Shown: positions 11,595 through 22,118 of the stretch, in pieces
Layout: the number at the start of each line of letters is the position of its first letter
How positions within the stretch are numbered: position 1 is the first letter of the stretch
Source of the DNA: Octopus sinensis
Lineage: Eukaryota
Assembly (NCBI RefSeq): GCF_006345805.1
Contig: NC_043001.1
Coordinates: 32,426,001-32,490,000, forward strand
Length of the DNA: 64,000 bases
Direction of reading: 5' to 3'
Notes under the pieces: generated by a model
The model's database searches: none
What the model saw: only the letters and a program-made list of their open reading frames with translations
Told to the model about the DNA's origin: nothing
Translations under genes and position numbers: made by a program

Positions 11595-11842
11595 CATGTA
11601 TATGTTAAATAAAATGAGACTACAAAGCCAAGGCAGTGTGAAATTTCTAGGATATTTATGAAGAGAAAGGAAGTCTTACAGCTGTTTCAGGGATATGAGA
11701 GATATCCCTTCATCAGAGACAATATGTGAGAGTTAAATAAAGGGAAATTTCCTGAAACATGTAAGACTACCTTTCTGTTTATAAATGTCCTAGAGATTTC
11801 GCACTGCCTTGACTTAGTTGTTTCATTTTATTTAGCATATGC
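11595..11842. mobile_element. Penelope-like terminal foldback (~85-bp inverted arms)
   Basis: AAGGCAGTGTGAAATTTCTAGGATATTTAT..AAAGGAAGTCTTACAGCTGTTTCAGG is mirrored by CCTGAAACATGTAAGACTACCTTT..ATAAATGTCCTAGAGATTTCGCACTGCCTT. Confidence 0.8.
11673..11720 (-). ncRNA. Intact minimal type I hammerhead ribozyme
   Basis: Minus strand reads GTCT-CTGATGA-AGGGATA-TCTCTCA-TATCCCT-GAAA-CAGCTG-TA-AGAC. Canonical core, stem I 4 bp, stem II 7 bp, palindromic stem III, GUA cleavage triplet. Confidence 0.85.
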
Positions 11843-12754
11843 ATGTATGTATGTATGTATGTATGTATGTATGTATGTATGTATGTATGTATATTTTATA
11901 TCATTCCTGTTTTTGTATTGCAAATGATTAATATTCATAGTTTCAATATGGGTAGCTGTTGCCTACGATCCTCCACAGACGGCACGTCCCTTGTGGATGT
12001 CTACACATGTCAGAGGTTTTGATGTGTATATGAGTGGGTAAATGTTTATGGGTAGATTGTGAGAGTAATGATGGAGGGAAAAATCAGAAACTAAGAGAGA
12101 TATTGAGATGAATCTGAGAGAGAGCTGAGTGTAAATAAAGAATGAAAACAGATAGATAGAGAGGAAAAGACTTGAGGGGAAAGAGTGACACATAAAGTAT
12201 TGCATATGTGTAACAATGGGCCTAACACAATGAAGAATGCTTGAAATATCACCGAAATCACCGTCGAAACATTTATGTTTTATAGACATTTTATAATTGC
12301 AAAATAGACATCTTGTTTTATGGGTCCTTTTACAATAACACGATGCCTACAAAACAGATGTGATGGTTATGTCTGTTATTTTCCGATTAGGACCAACCCG
12401 GGGAGAAAGAACAATAATTAATAATAAAACTGATTCTTTATATGCTAAGAAAGTAGTAATGATTAACTAAAATTGAAGTTGCCTAATCCAAAACGCAGCG
12501 GTTTTTCTGTAACCGCAAGCCAACTCTCGTCAGAAAGACATGATTCTCGACGGTCCTGCTGTATCGCTTTTTGCCCCGCACACCATAAAAAGATAACACG
12601 CGTCTTTCATATATATGTCGTTTCTTTTATCTTGCTTCTTACTCTATTTTGTCAGAGTGTTTAATCGAAACATAAGTCTATTTCTTCTCCTTTTCCTTTT
12701 ATTCGGCGTGCTGTTCACTATGCACAACTTTCATTCTTTTCTTTTTTATATATA

Positions 12755-13150
12755 TACTAGCAGTATCGCCCGGCGTTGCTCGGGTTTGTTTCGACCCTTT
12801 AGAATTAGAATTTTTGAAAAGTAAAAATTTTGCATTATGTAGCTTGTTATTTTCTTTGAGTGAACATTTTTCTGGTTGAAATATACCGATAAATGGCGAC
12901 ACAGCAGTCAAAAAATCGTAAAAAAATAGGGATTTTCATAGAAAAAAAGCACCTTCTTGATGTAAATAATTTTTGATGTTAACGTGGTCCGATTTGAATT
13001 TTTTCTTTTACGGAATGAAGAGCAAGCCTTTTTCTATCCTACTTTCAATTTTAGTCAACTTGCACCGCAGGGTCTCGGAGGAGATAGTGTTAGTTGAAGG
13101 CTACCAAACCTGCCGTACACAGACAACTTCAGCTTTATATATAGAGAGAT
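12755..13150 (+). mobile_element. Non-autonomous Helitron-type (Lep1-like) element
   Basis: 5' end TACTAGCAGTATCGCCCGGCGTTGCTCGGG with a hairpin. 3' end GGTCTCGGAGGAG...ACAGACA...GCTTTATATATAGAGAGAT. This matches the known Lep1-like architecture. Confidence 0.7.
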
Positions 13151-13619
13151 TTACATTTTGTCCTCTACTTATCTAATTTTTGCCTACCTGTTGTAATCTC
13201 TAACGTTGTCCATCTTTCCGTCTGTTATTCCCCTCGTTTCATTTGTGCTATTTCCCTCTTACAATGAGCCCTTATTTGAAAACTGTAGTGAATGATACTA
13301 AGGATATTTGGCTGCTATTTCTTGCAAGCGAAGTGATCAGTTAGAGTGAGTTTATCTTTCGCTTGTCACACAGGCATGTTACAGTGTAGATATCCAAGTA
13401 ATAGAAGTGTCATCCATACGATATCAAGCGTTGATTGTTTATTTGGTCATGCAATGGCAAAGTAAATAATATCTATTTACTGCTTTCGCATTGCATTACA
13501 TTCTGGTGATCTGATCTCATCCTTGTCGTAAAGTATACAAACAGAGAGCGATCAACTATTCGATCGCATGAAAGAAAACAAAAATGCTTCTCAAACTACG
13601 CTCGTAGAAGCAGAGTGCG

Positions 13620-13983
13620 TCCAATAACATATATGTGTGCGTGTGGGGTGTGTGCATGAGTGTGAGTGTGTGTGTGTATGTGTGTGTGAGAGAGAGATGT
13701 GTGTGTTTGTGTAAGGTGTGTGTGTCAGGTGAATGTTTGTCTGAGGTGTATGTATATGAACTTTGTGTATTTGAATGTGAGGTGTGTTGAGGTGTGTGTG
13801 GGAGTATATGTGTGTGAGATGTGTGTGTGAGTGTGTGTCTGTGTGTGTGTGTGGGAGAGAGATGTGTGTGCTTGTGTAAGATGTGTGTGTGTATCAGGTG
13901 AGTGTTTGTCTGAGGTTTATATGTGGGAGGTGTGTGTATGCGAATGTGAATTGTGCGAGGTGTGTGTGCGTGAGAGTGTGTGT

Positions 13984-14034
<51 letters not shown>

Positions 14035-14232
14035 TTGTGTTATGTGTGTGTGTGTCAGATGAGTGTTTGTCTGAGGTGTATGTGTGTGAGGTCCGTGTAT
14101 GTGAATGTGAGGTGTGCGTGAGGTTTGTGTGTGGTGTGTGTGTATATGAGGTGTTTGTTTGCGTGTGTGAGGTGTGGTGTGTGGGAGGTGTGTGCGTGGT
14201 TGTGTGTCAGGCGTGTGTCAGGTGTGTGTCAG
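13620..14232 (+). repeat. (TG)/(GA)-rich minisatellite with ~165-bp higher-order unit x3
   Basis: GAGAGATGTGTGTG(T/C)TTGTGT..TGTGTGTGT..CAG(G/A)TGA(A/G)TGTTTGTCTGAGG recurs at ~13690, 13856 and 14020. Confidence 0.85.
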
Positions 14233-14243
14233 GTAAGAACCGG

Positions 14244-14293
14244 ATCATCCTCGCAATTTCGGCTGATTAATCAGCCGAAATTGCGAGGATGAT
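14244..14293. repeat. Perfect 50-bp palindrome
   Basis: ATCATCCTCGCAATTTCGGCTGATTAATCAGCCGAAATTGCGAGGATGAT is its own reverse complement. Confidence 0.97.
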
Positions 14294-14462
14294 ACGGTGC
14301 TTGACTGAGGAAAGGAAGCTTCGAATGACCCGTCCTTGTTTTTTTTATAACGTCTATCTGGATGTTTTGTTGTCCCATTTTGTATCACTTAGTTGTCCGG
14401 ATGTTTTGCGTTCTTGTCCCATTTTGTATTTTATATATGTGTGTATATATATATATATATAT

Positions 14463-14501
<39 letters not shown>

Positions 14502-14529
14502 TATTGCGACGTACGTACACTTTTTTCTC

Positions 14530-14567
<38 letters not shown>

Positions 14568-14604
14568 TTATGGAAATATATTAAGGCCCCCAACTCGCCC
14601 AAAA

Positions 14605-14862
14605 GCAGAACGTAAAGACGAAATACCTATTTCTTTATTGCCCACAAGGGGCTAAACACAGAGGGGACAAACAAGGACAGACAAACGGATTAAGTTGATT
14701 ACATCGACCCCAGTGCGTAACTGGTACTTATTTAATCGACCCCGAAAGGATGAAAGGCAAAATCGACCTCGGCGAAATTCGAACTCAGAACGCAGCGGCA
14801 GACGAAATATCGCTAAGCATTTCGTCCGGCGTGCTAACGTTTCAGCCAGCTCGCCGCCTTGA
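14605..14862 (-). mobile_element. SINE family B (head, unit and start of a second unit)
   Basis: Reverse complement of the body and head. Includes the multimer junction GACGAAATACCTATTTCTTT. Confidence 0.9.
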
Positions 14863-15291
14863 AGTTGCTATAACATTAAGGAAAAGGATAGGTTTGTTTG
14901 TCTGGAGAGAAGTGGACAGTCGTGAGTACATGTATCTGCCGCGAGAGACATCATTGCCGGAGATAAATTCAATAAAACAAGAATTCGTGTTGTATGGTAT
15001 TTGCTATAACTGTGTTTTGTCTATGCAGTTCATATACATACCACTGACCACTCTGGTTAACTCTCTTAGCTCAGTTTTGCTTTATTTATACAAATTACCT
15101 ATGCTATAAATGCGTGCTACTCATTTTGCATTACATCTGTCTCGCAGCTGGAAATATATTAAGGCAATTGTCGTGTTGAAAACGGCTATTATGTTAAAAG
15201 CACGTGTCCATAGCTGTTCTTTTATCTGTTGATAATAAACCTGAATACTTGTTTACAACCCTATTATTTTAGTATTGTTTATTTTTAAATA

Positions 15292-15500
15292 AGGCGACAA
15301 GCTAGTAGAGTCGTTAGAACACCGGACAATATGTTTAGCGACATTTTTCCGGCTTTAAGTCCTGAATTCAAATACCATAGAGGTCGACTTTGATTTTCAT
15401 CCTTTCGGATTCGATAAAATAAGTTACCATATAAGAATTGGGGGCAATGTTATTGACTTGTTCCCTCTCTTAAAATTTCAAGCCTTCTTCCTATAGTAGA
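15292..15500 (+). mobile_element. SINE family B, degraded, tail Y
   Basis: AAGGCGACAAGCTAG..GAGGTCGACTTTGATTTTCATCCTTTCGGATTCGATAAAATAAG..AAAATTTCAAGCCTT..CTATAGTAGA. Confidence 0.75.
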
Positions 15501-15506
15501 GATAAT

Positions 15507-15903
15507 GTTTGAACGGCAGTTTTTTTCTAGCGGTGTCATATGAAATTGTCACCCATAATTATGACCCTAGTATCGATCTATTGCATTTCAATCTATTTTA
15601 GGGTTAGGGAAGGGTATCTTTTTTTTCTTCAGAAATGTAAATAAACCCAATCTGTTTCTTAAACGAGGGACATATTCATACGGCGCAGAATATGTTCACC
15701 TCAATAGACAGTCATTGATTGGTTGAAATTGCAGAAATTGAAGAAAAAAAAAACAACAGATATCTTACAAACTATAGAATTTTCTCAATAAAGCCAAGAG
15801 AAAAAGATGTCTTATAAACACATTCTACCAGTATACGGAGTTTAAAAGTGTTTAGTTACGTGGAAATTATTTTAAAAAACTGCCGTTCAAACCGAAAAGA
15901 TCC
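15507..15903. mobile_element. MITE with 28-bp TIRs (left TIR truncated), internal TTAGGG
   Basis: About 90% similar to 37298-37715. Right TIR is AAAACTGCCGTTCAAACCGAAAAGATCC. Confidence 0.85.
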
Positions 15904-16204
15904 GAGATAATTATTGTCTATTATTAACAAAAGAAATGGCCACCGGAGAGTAATAACGAGTAGAAACGGAAAGACCGAACGAAATGCAATTTTACAGAAG
16001 AGAAGAATTTCTCTCATCAGTAGCCAAGCAAATGTCAATGCGATTCCGACAACAAAGGTCGGATCCATACTTCCACTGGTATCAGAAATCCCCAGAACAA
16101 AATGTGAATATATAATCCAAATATCTGTAACCTGTTTCAAAATCATAAACGAATATATTCCAAACATCAATAAATATATTCCAAACATCAAAAAAACCTA
16201 TACT

Positions 16205-16726
16205 CTCTCTCTTTTACTCTTTTACTCTTTTACTTGTTTCAGTCATTTGACTGCGGCCATGCTGGAGCACCGCCTTTAATCGAGCCACTCGACCCCGGGA
16301 CTTATTCTTTTGTAAGCCCAGTACTTATTCTATCGGTCTCTTTTGCTGAACCGCTAAGTAACGGGGACATAAACACACCAGCATCGGTTGTCAAGCAATG
16401 CTAGGAGGACAAACACAGACACACACACGCATATATATATATATATATACATATATACGACGGGCTTCTTTCAGTTTCCATCTACCAAATCCACTCACAA
16501 GGCTTTGGTCGGCCCGAGGCTATAGTAGAAGACACTTGCCCAAGGTGACAACCGATGCTGGTGTGTTTACGTCCCCGTTACTTAGCGGTTCGGCAAAAAA
16601 GAGACCGATAGAATAAGTACTGGGCTTACAAAGAATAAGTCCCAGGGTCGATTTGCTCGACTAAAAGGCGGTGCTCCAGCATGGCCGCAGTCAAATGACT
16701 GAAACAAGTAAAAGAGTAAAGAGTAA
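16205..16726. mobile_element. Two 5'-truncated SINE family A copies joined head-to-head
   Basis: Minus copy 16205-16545 and plus copy 16546-16726, each ending in a (GTAAAAGA)n tail pointing outward. Confidence 0.9.
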
Positions 16727-17389
16727 GATTATATAAATTCTCAGATAAATTCGTTCGTTTCTTTTTTCTAAGTTATTTTCATAGTTTCCAATGTTCTTTG
16801 AATTAACATGAACAAGACTTTTGTCGTGATGCTTTATGCCTTGTTTTGTAGCTCTGCTCTTCCTCTACAACTTTTTGTTATTGTTTTTCAAATTTGAATA
16901 AACTTTTTTTCTCTTTTCAGACATGTCAAAGGTGTGTAAGGGAAGAAAAAAAAGGAATAACTCTAAGTGACACCCTAATATATTTTACAATAAAAACATA
17001 CAATGGTTCACACCAAAACATGCACGTCAGATTAGGCTGTTATCTATATTTCCATTTATATATATGCATATGTATATATGTATATATATATGTACATATA
17101 TATATGTATATATATATATATATATAATGTACATATATATATATGTATATGTATATATATGTTTGTATATATACGTATATATATGTGTATGTATATATAT
17201 ACATATTATATATATATACACATATACGCATTATATGTATATATATATATATATATATAGCGCTGTATATAAACGTATAATGTATATATCTATAGCTGTC
17301 TATCTATCTATTTATCTATCTATCTCTCTATCTCTCTCTATATATATATGTATGTGTGCGTGTGTGTATGTATTGATATATATATAACG

Positions 17390-17575
17390 TTGGCGCAGGA
17401 GTGGCTGTGTTTTAAGACGTTTACTTCTGAACCAAATGGTTCCGGGTTCAGTCCCAATGCGTAGCGCCTTGGGCATGTGTCTTCTGCTTTAGCCTCGGGC
17501 CGACCCAAAGCTTGTGAGTGGATTTGGTAGACGGAAACTGAAAGAAGCCGTTGTGTATATAAAATGGAACAAAAA
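17390..17575 (+). mobile_element. SINE family A 5' half (tRNA-derived head plus CORE-like domain)
   Basis: GGCGCAGGAGTGGCTGTG..GGTTCCGGGTTCAGTCCC (B-box-like)..CCTTGGGC..GTGAGTGGATTTGGTAGACGGAAACTGAAAGAAGCC. Confidence 0.9.
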
Positions 17576-17724
17576 TGCAATAGAGGACAATAAAACAACC
17601 GGACAGATAGACGATACAAGGGCGGACACGAAAAAGAAATAACTAGAGGGACAAGAAAAACAAGATCATTCGTAGCCTTCTTTCGTCAGTCAAGTTATCA
17701 GATGTCCTTACAGTTTCAGACAGT

Positions 17725-17787
<63 letters not shown>

Positions 17788-17801
17788 TATGTATATATAT
17801 A

Positions 17802-17849
<48 letters not shown>

Positions 17850-18254
17850 TACACACATTATATCATACAATAATATGGTTAATAATCCAGGGGACAATGA
17901 TGGATTATTGCACTCTTCACTGGCTTCAGGCGTTGACGATTCAGCGCTAAGGAAGATTTCTGTAGGAGAAAATGTGGATCCTATTAAGCATGCAGGGACT
18001 GTTGGGACACCGAAATTTAATTGTAATTTCAGAACCTTAAGAAAAAACATAGTCTACAAATATATTGTTAGAGGGGAGAATAATTTGGTTAGGAAATATA
18101 TTAGGAACACTATTGATTTTAAAAGGTGATATTGGGCCTACACGAGCTCATTATCGAATGGCAAATACTGAATACTGTTGTGCACTGTAGTTTCCCCACA
18201 CGAAACAAAGCTTGAAAATTTAAGCGCCTCAAAGGTCAATTACAAAAAATATAA

Positions 18255-18420
18255 ATGGCATGAGAGGCCTGACGAACAAATCGACCTCAGGACTTATTCT
18301 TTGTAAGCCTAATACTAATTCTGTCGGTCTCTTTTGCCGAACTGCTAATGTTACAGGGACATAAACACACCAATATCGGTTGTCAGACGATGGTGGAAGT
18401 ACAAACACAGACACACAAAT
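18255..18420 (-). mobile_element. SINE family A 3' half
   Basis: GACTTATTCTTTGTAAGCCTAATACT..GGTCTCTTTTGCCGAAC..GTTGTCAG. Confidence 0.8.
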
Positions 18421-18433
18421 ATACATATGCATG

Positions 18434-19560
18434 CAGGGGTTGGACATAATAATGGAAACACCTTAAAATTTCAAGCAAATTAATTTTAATATGGGGTATG
18501 ACCGCCTTTGGTAGTAATTACACCTTGAATTCTACGAAGTATGGACTCCTACAAAGTTTGAATTGTTTCCAAATGAATTTTTGTTAATTCTTCAGCTAAA
18601 ACAGTCTCCAGTTCTTGTAGTGATGATGGTGGAGGATATCGACTCTTTACTTGTTTTTCTAAAATGCACCATAAATGTTCAATAATATTGAGATCTGGGG
18701 ACTGTGGTTGCCAGGTGAGATATTCAACTTCATAATAAAGTTCCTTGTGCCATTAAAACAACAATTTTAGCTGTGTGAATTGATGCATTATCATCTTGAA
18801 AGATTGCGTTTCCCTCCGGAATCAGTTCCGCAATCATAGGATGAATTTGATCAGATAAAATCTTTAAATATTCTTGACTATTAATTCTGTCATGAAGGGA
18901 AAACATTGGGCCGGCGGATTTTCAAGATATAGCCCCACCCAGATCATCACAACTCTTCCATGTTTAAAAATTGGAAAAAAAAAAGGAGTTTGGGTCAAAT
19001 ACTTCTTTTGGCAGTCTCCACACGTATACTCGGCCGGTGGTCGGAAATATGGTAAAGGATGACTCGTCCGAGAAAATAACATTATTCCACTGCTCTTGGG
19101 ACCAATTCTGTGGGTTTTTACTCCACTCAAAACGCTTTGCAACGTTTGTTTTTGAAAGTAGTGGTTTTCTTATTGCAGTCCGCCTGTGAAATCCAGCTTT
19201 GTGCAGCTCCCAGCGAACAGTTTTTTGTGGAAACTGGGTTCTCGAGGTGGTCATTGAGCTCTACAGTAATTTTGGCAACTGTACTCTTGTGATCCTTTCT
19301 AACAATTCGCGTAAGAGTCCGATGGGCCCTATCTAAAAGTTTTGGTTTTCTTCCGGAGTTTTGTTTCGACGAGGAGGTTTTTCCCTCTTTCTCAATGACC
19401 CTCATTACTTTCTAGACAGTATTTCTTAATACACCAAACATTTCGGCTGTTTTCGTTAAGCTAGCGCCTGCCATACGAACACCAGCAATTTGACCTCTAA
19501 GAAAGTCCGATAGATTTATCATTTTAATGAATTTAATTACCTTTAATTATTTTTCTGAGT
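18434..19560 (-). mobile_element. Decayed Tc1/mariner (Tc1, DD34E-type) DNA transposon
   Basis: One TIR visible (CAGGGGTTGGACATAATAATGGAAACACC at 18434). The transposase remnant spans the element. Confidence 0.95.
18486..19522 (-). pseudogene. Tc1 transposase pseudogene (stops and frameshifts)
   Basis: Minus-strand translation across frames: MINLSDFLRGQIAGVRMAGAS.., GRKPKL, ..RKPLLSKTN.., WNNVIFSDES, KHG..VMIW, IFQDDNASIH, PDLNIIEHLW, ..KGGHTPY*. Confidence 0.95.
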
Positions 19561-19793
19561 CTAGATAATTGGTGTAGAATTGTAATGCATCATTTGGATG
19601 AATATAAGATGTTTAGTTTTTTGCAGGAACGGTCAGCATAAATGGAATATTTACGTTTTTGTTTTGACCTTGGAGATGAAGACGACAGCGACAGTTAGGA
19701 CGATGACAACGGCGGCGACGACGGCACACGACTATGATGACACCGACGATTTGACGATGACAAGGACAGTGCTGGTGCTGGTGGTGGTGGTAC

Positions 19794-19794
<1 letters not shown>

Positions 19795-19850
<56 letters not shown>

Positions 19851-19885
19851 GGATAATGATGATGATGATGATTATTATTATTATT
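19795..19885 (+). repeat. (GAT)n/(ATT)n microsatellite
   Basis: Read directly. Explains the poly-Met ORF at 19598-20053. Confidence 0.95.
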
Positions 19886-20814
19886 ATGGTGATGATGCCA
19901 ATCTATGTTAATGAAGGTAGTTACTTCGCCGCAGACAGTTTTGCTATTATCTGTGACATTTACAATACGACAGACAGTAATAAATTTTGCTTATCCTGTT
20001 ATCCGGCATCTGTTTCTTTAGCAAATTATTTGAAGTTATCACAAGGGTTTTAAAAAGGTTTTAAACTTAGAAATTACATCCTGATCCATGGGTTGGAATA
20101 AAGAGCTTGCTCTCGGTGACAGGTATACTACTCCGAAAGGAGTGCAACCCTAAAGGGCGTGGAAATCCTGAGAATGGCGTGGAGTATTATCAATTGCTAA
20201 CAATTTCCAAGGTACGAAGTTACATTTTTCGTACTATCTTTGACTGTTGTACAAAAATATCAAAAACTACTGTGTGAACATTTCTATTATCACCCTGACA
20301 TTCTAGATTCATTTCTAACTGATATGTAGATGTATTTTTAACTTATTTATAATGGCTCTTAATGAGGAATTAACAATTTCAATTTTCATAAGAAATTACA
20401 GCTTAATAGTAATATTATCCTACCTTTTTTAACCTTGAACGCAAAAGAGAGACTTCTTTAATCTATATTACCACACAACTGCAGTATTCGTTTCGAGAAT
20501 GCAACTCGTATAGACGTATAGTGCTCAAAACACAGCAGTGTTTCAGTAGGAAAGGAAAAGCTTCCAATAACAGCAGTGGAATTGAGAAATCTAGATTTCT
20601 GCGTCTTTGCGCATCATCAGTAGTAAGTATCCACTAGGAAACGAATGCTTAGACAAAAATTTAACCTCTACTGATATAGAAAAGCGGTGGTTAAATAATT
20701 TCACTGTTGTCGCAAGTGGCCGGTAAACATTCATTATTAGCGATGGAAGCAGTGTTAGTCTAAAGTAGCATTCTGTACATCTTACTTAGCGAGTATATAC
20801 CGTAGAGATCATTG

Positions 20815-21030
20815 TATGTATGTATGCTGCCATGATAGATCGTTAGCCACAACACACATTTTTTTCTCTCATCGTTTCTCTCCTTGTTTTTTTTTCTGTG
20901 CCCCTTTCTGTAGAAGAGCGTTGGCTCGAAACGTAAAAGACTTTTCCTATTCCTGAGCGTTATACTAATACATCTGTTTGTTTTGTACACCACCTGTCTT
21001 CGTCTTTTTTTTTTCGTAAACTCTCCCTAT
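20815..21030 (+). mobile_element. Penelope-like terminal repeat fragment (family P2)
   Basis: Similar to 53150-53330 (ATGATAGATCG(T/C)TAGCCAC..GAAGAGCGT.GGCTCGAAACGT..GAGCGT.ATACTAATACATCTGTTTGTT). Confidence 0.7.
20904..20939 (+). ncRNA. Hammerhead-like motif, A6U core variant
   Basis: CTTT-CTGTAGA-A-GAGC-GTTG-GCTC-GAAA-CG-TA-AAAG. Confidence 0.55.
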
Positions 21031-21249
21031 GCTATTATTTAGTTTATTTCAATATTTCTTGCCAATAGAGAAAGAACCGGTTTCTAACCTAGATTCAACG
21101 TTCCTTCATTGGAATTTCAACATCAACAACAGGGTATTTTTGTATGTATGTATGTATGTATGCATGTATGTATGTATGTATGTATGTATGTATGTATGTA
21201 TGTATGTATGTATGTATGTATGTATGTATGTATGTATGTATGTTGTATG

Positions 21250-21672
21250 TTTTATGTATGTATTCTCATGTGTAGAGTTACATATCTATACATGCTCATA
21301 TATATTTAAATGATAAACCTCTAGAAAGTTCTACAGATTTTACAGTTCCAGTGGTGGATTATCTGTAGACTTCGAATTAGCTTTCTCCTTTCTGGTTTTG
21401 AGAAGCCTAATTTCTCAAGATTGGTATTTGGGCAGAGTGTTAAGTATCCCAGGGTCTAAATAATTATAGGTATAATCATGAACTTGTGATCTGGATAGAG
21501 TAACTGTAGATTTCTCAATAGTTCAGCATAGGTGTGCTGTTTTTCACTGATTTTCAGCTTTATGTTACCATCTGCTGAGCAGCTAATTTCCACAGCTGTG
21601 TACTGTTTCTCTTTGTTGTGCTTACATTTTATTGAGGTCTTCTCTGGTACATTCCACCAGTATTCCTTTTAT
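21250..21672 (-). mobile_element. 3' fragment of an RLE-type non-LTR retrotransposon flanked by (CATA)n
   Basis: Minus translation: KEKQYTAVEISCSADGNIKLKISEKQHTYAELLRNLQLLYPDHKFMIIPIII*TLGYLTLCPNTNLEKLGFSKPERRKLIRSLQ..KICRTF*. This fits the C-terminal restriction-like endonuclease (EK..Y..L, PI..G.LG motifs). Confidence 0.85.
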
Positions 21673-21845
21673 GCATGTATGTATGTATGTATGTATGTAT
21701 GAATGTATGTGTATATATATATGTGTGTGTGTTTGTGTTTTAATATATTAACGTGTGTATGTATATATATGCTTTAACTGAGAGAGTAAAATATACTGAA
21801 TAGATACAGAACCTACTGTACACATACATTTCAAGCTCTCACCCA

Positions 21846-21857
21846 ACTATCTATCTA

Positions 21858-21900
<43 letters not shown>

Positions 21901-22035
21901 GTATCTATCTATTATCTATCACCCTACTACCTATCTATCTATATCTATCTACTATCTATCTATCTATCTATCTTCTATCTATCTATCTATATATCTACCT
22001 ATCTACCTATCTATCTATCTACCTATCTATCTATA

Positions 22036-22115
<80 letters not shown>

Positions 22116-22118
22116 CCT
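21846..22118 (+). repeat. (TATC)n microsatellite, degenerate
   Basis: Read directly from the sequence. Confidence 0.95.

Noticed and set aside
15914-16279. 121-aa ORF
   Set aside because: Runs from the MITE flank into a SINE tail, has no recognisable domain and includes a local tandem duplication.
20120-20216. Candidate plus-strand exon (GACAG|GTATAC..CCAAG|GTACGA)
   Set aside because: One open frame, but the acceptor has no polypyrimidine tract and the peptide is not recognisable.
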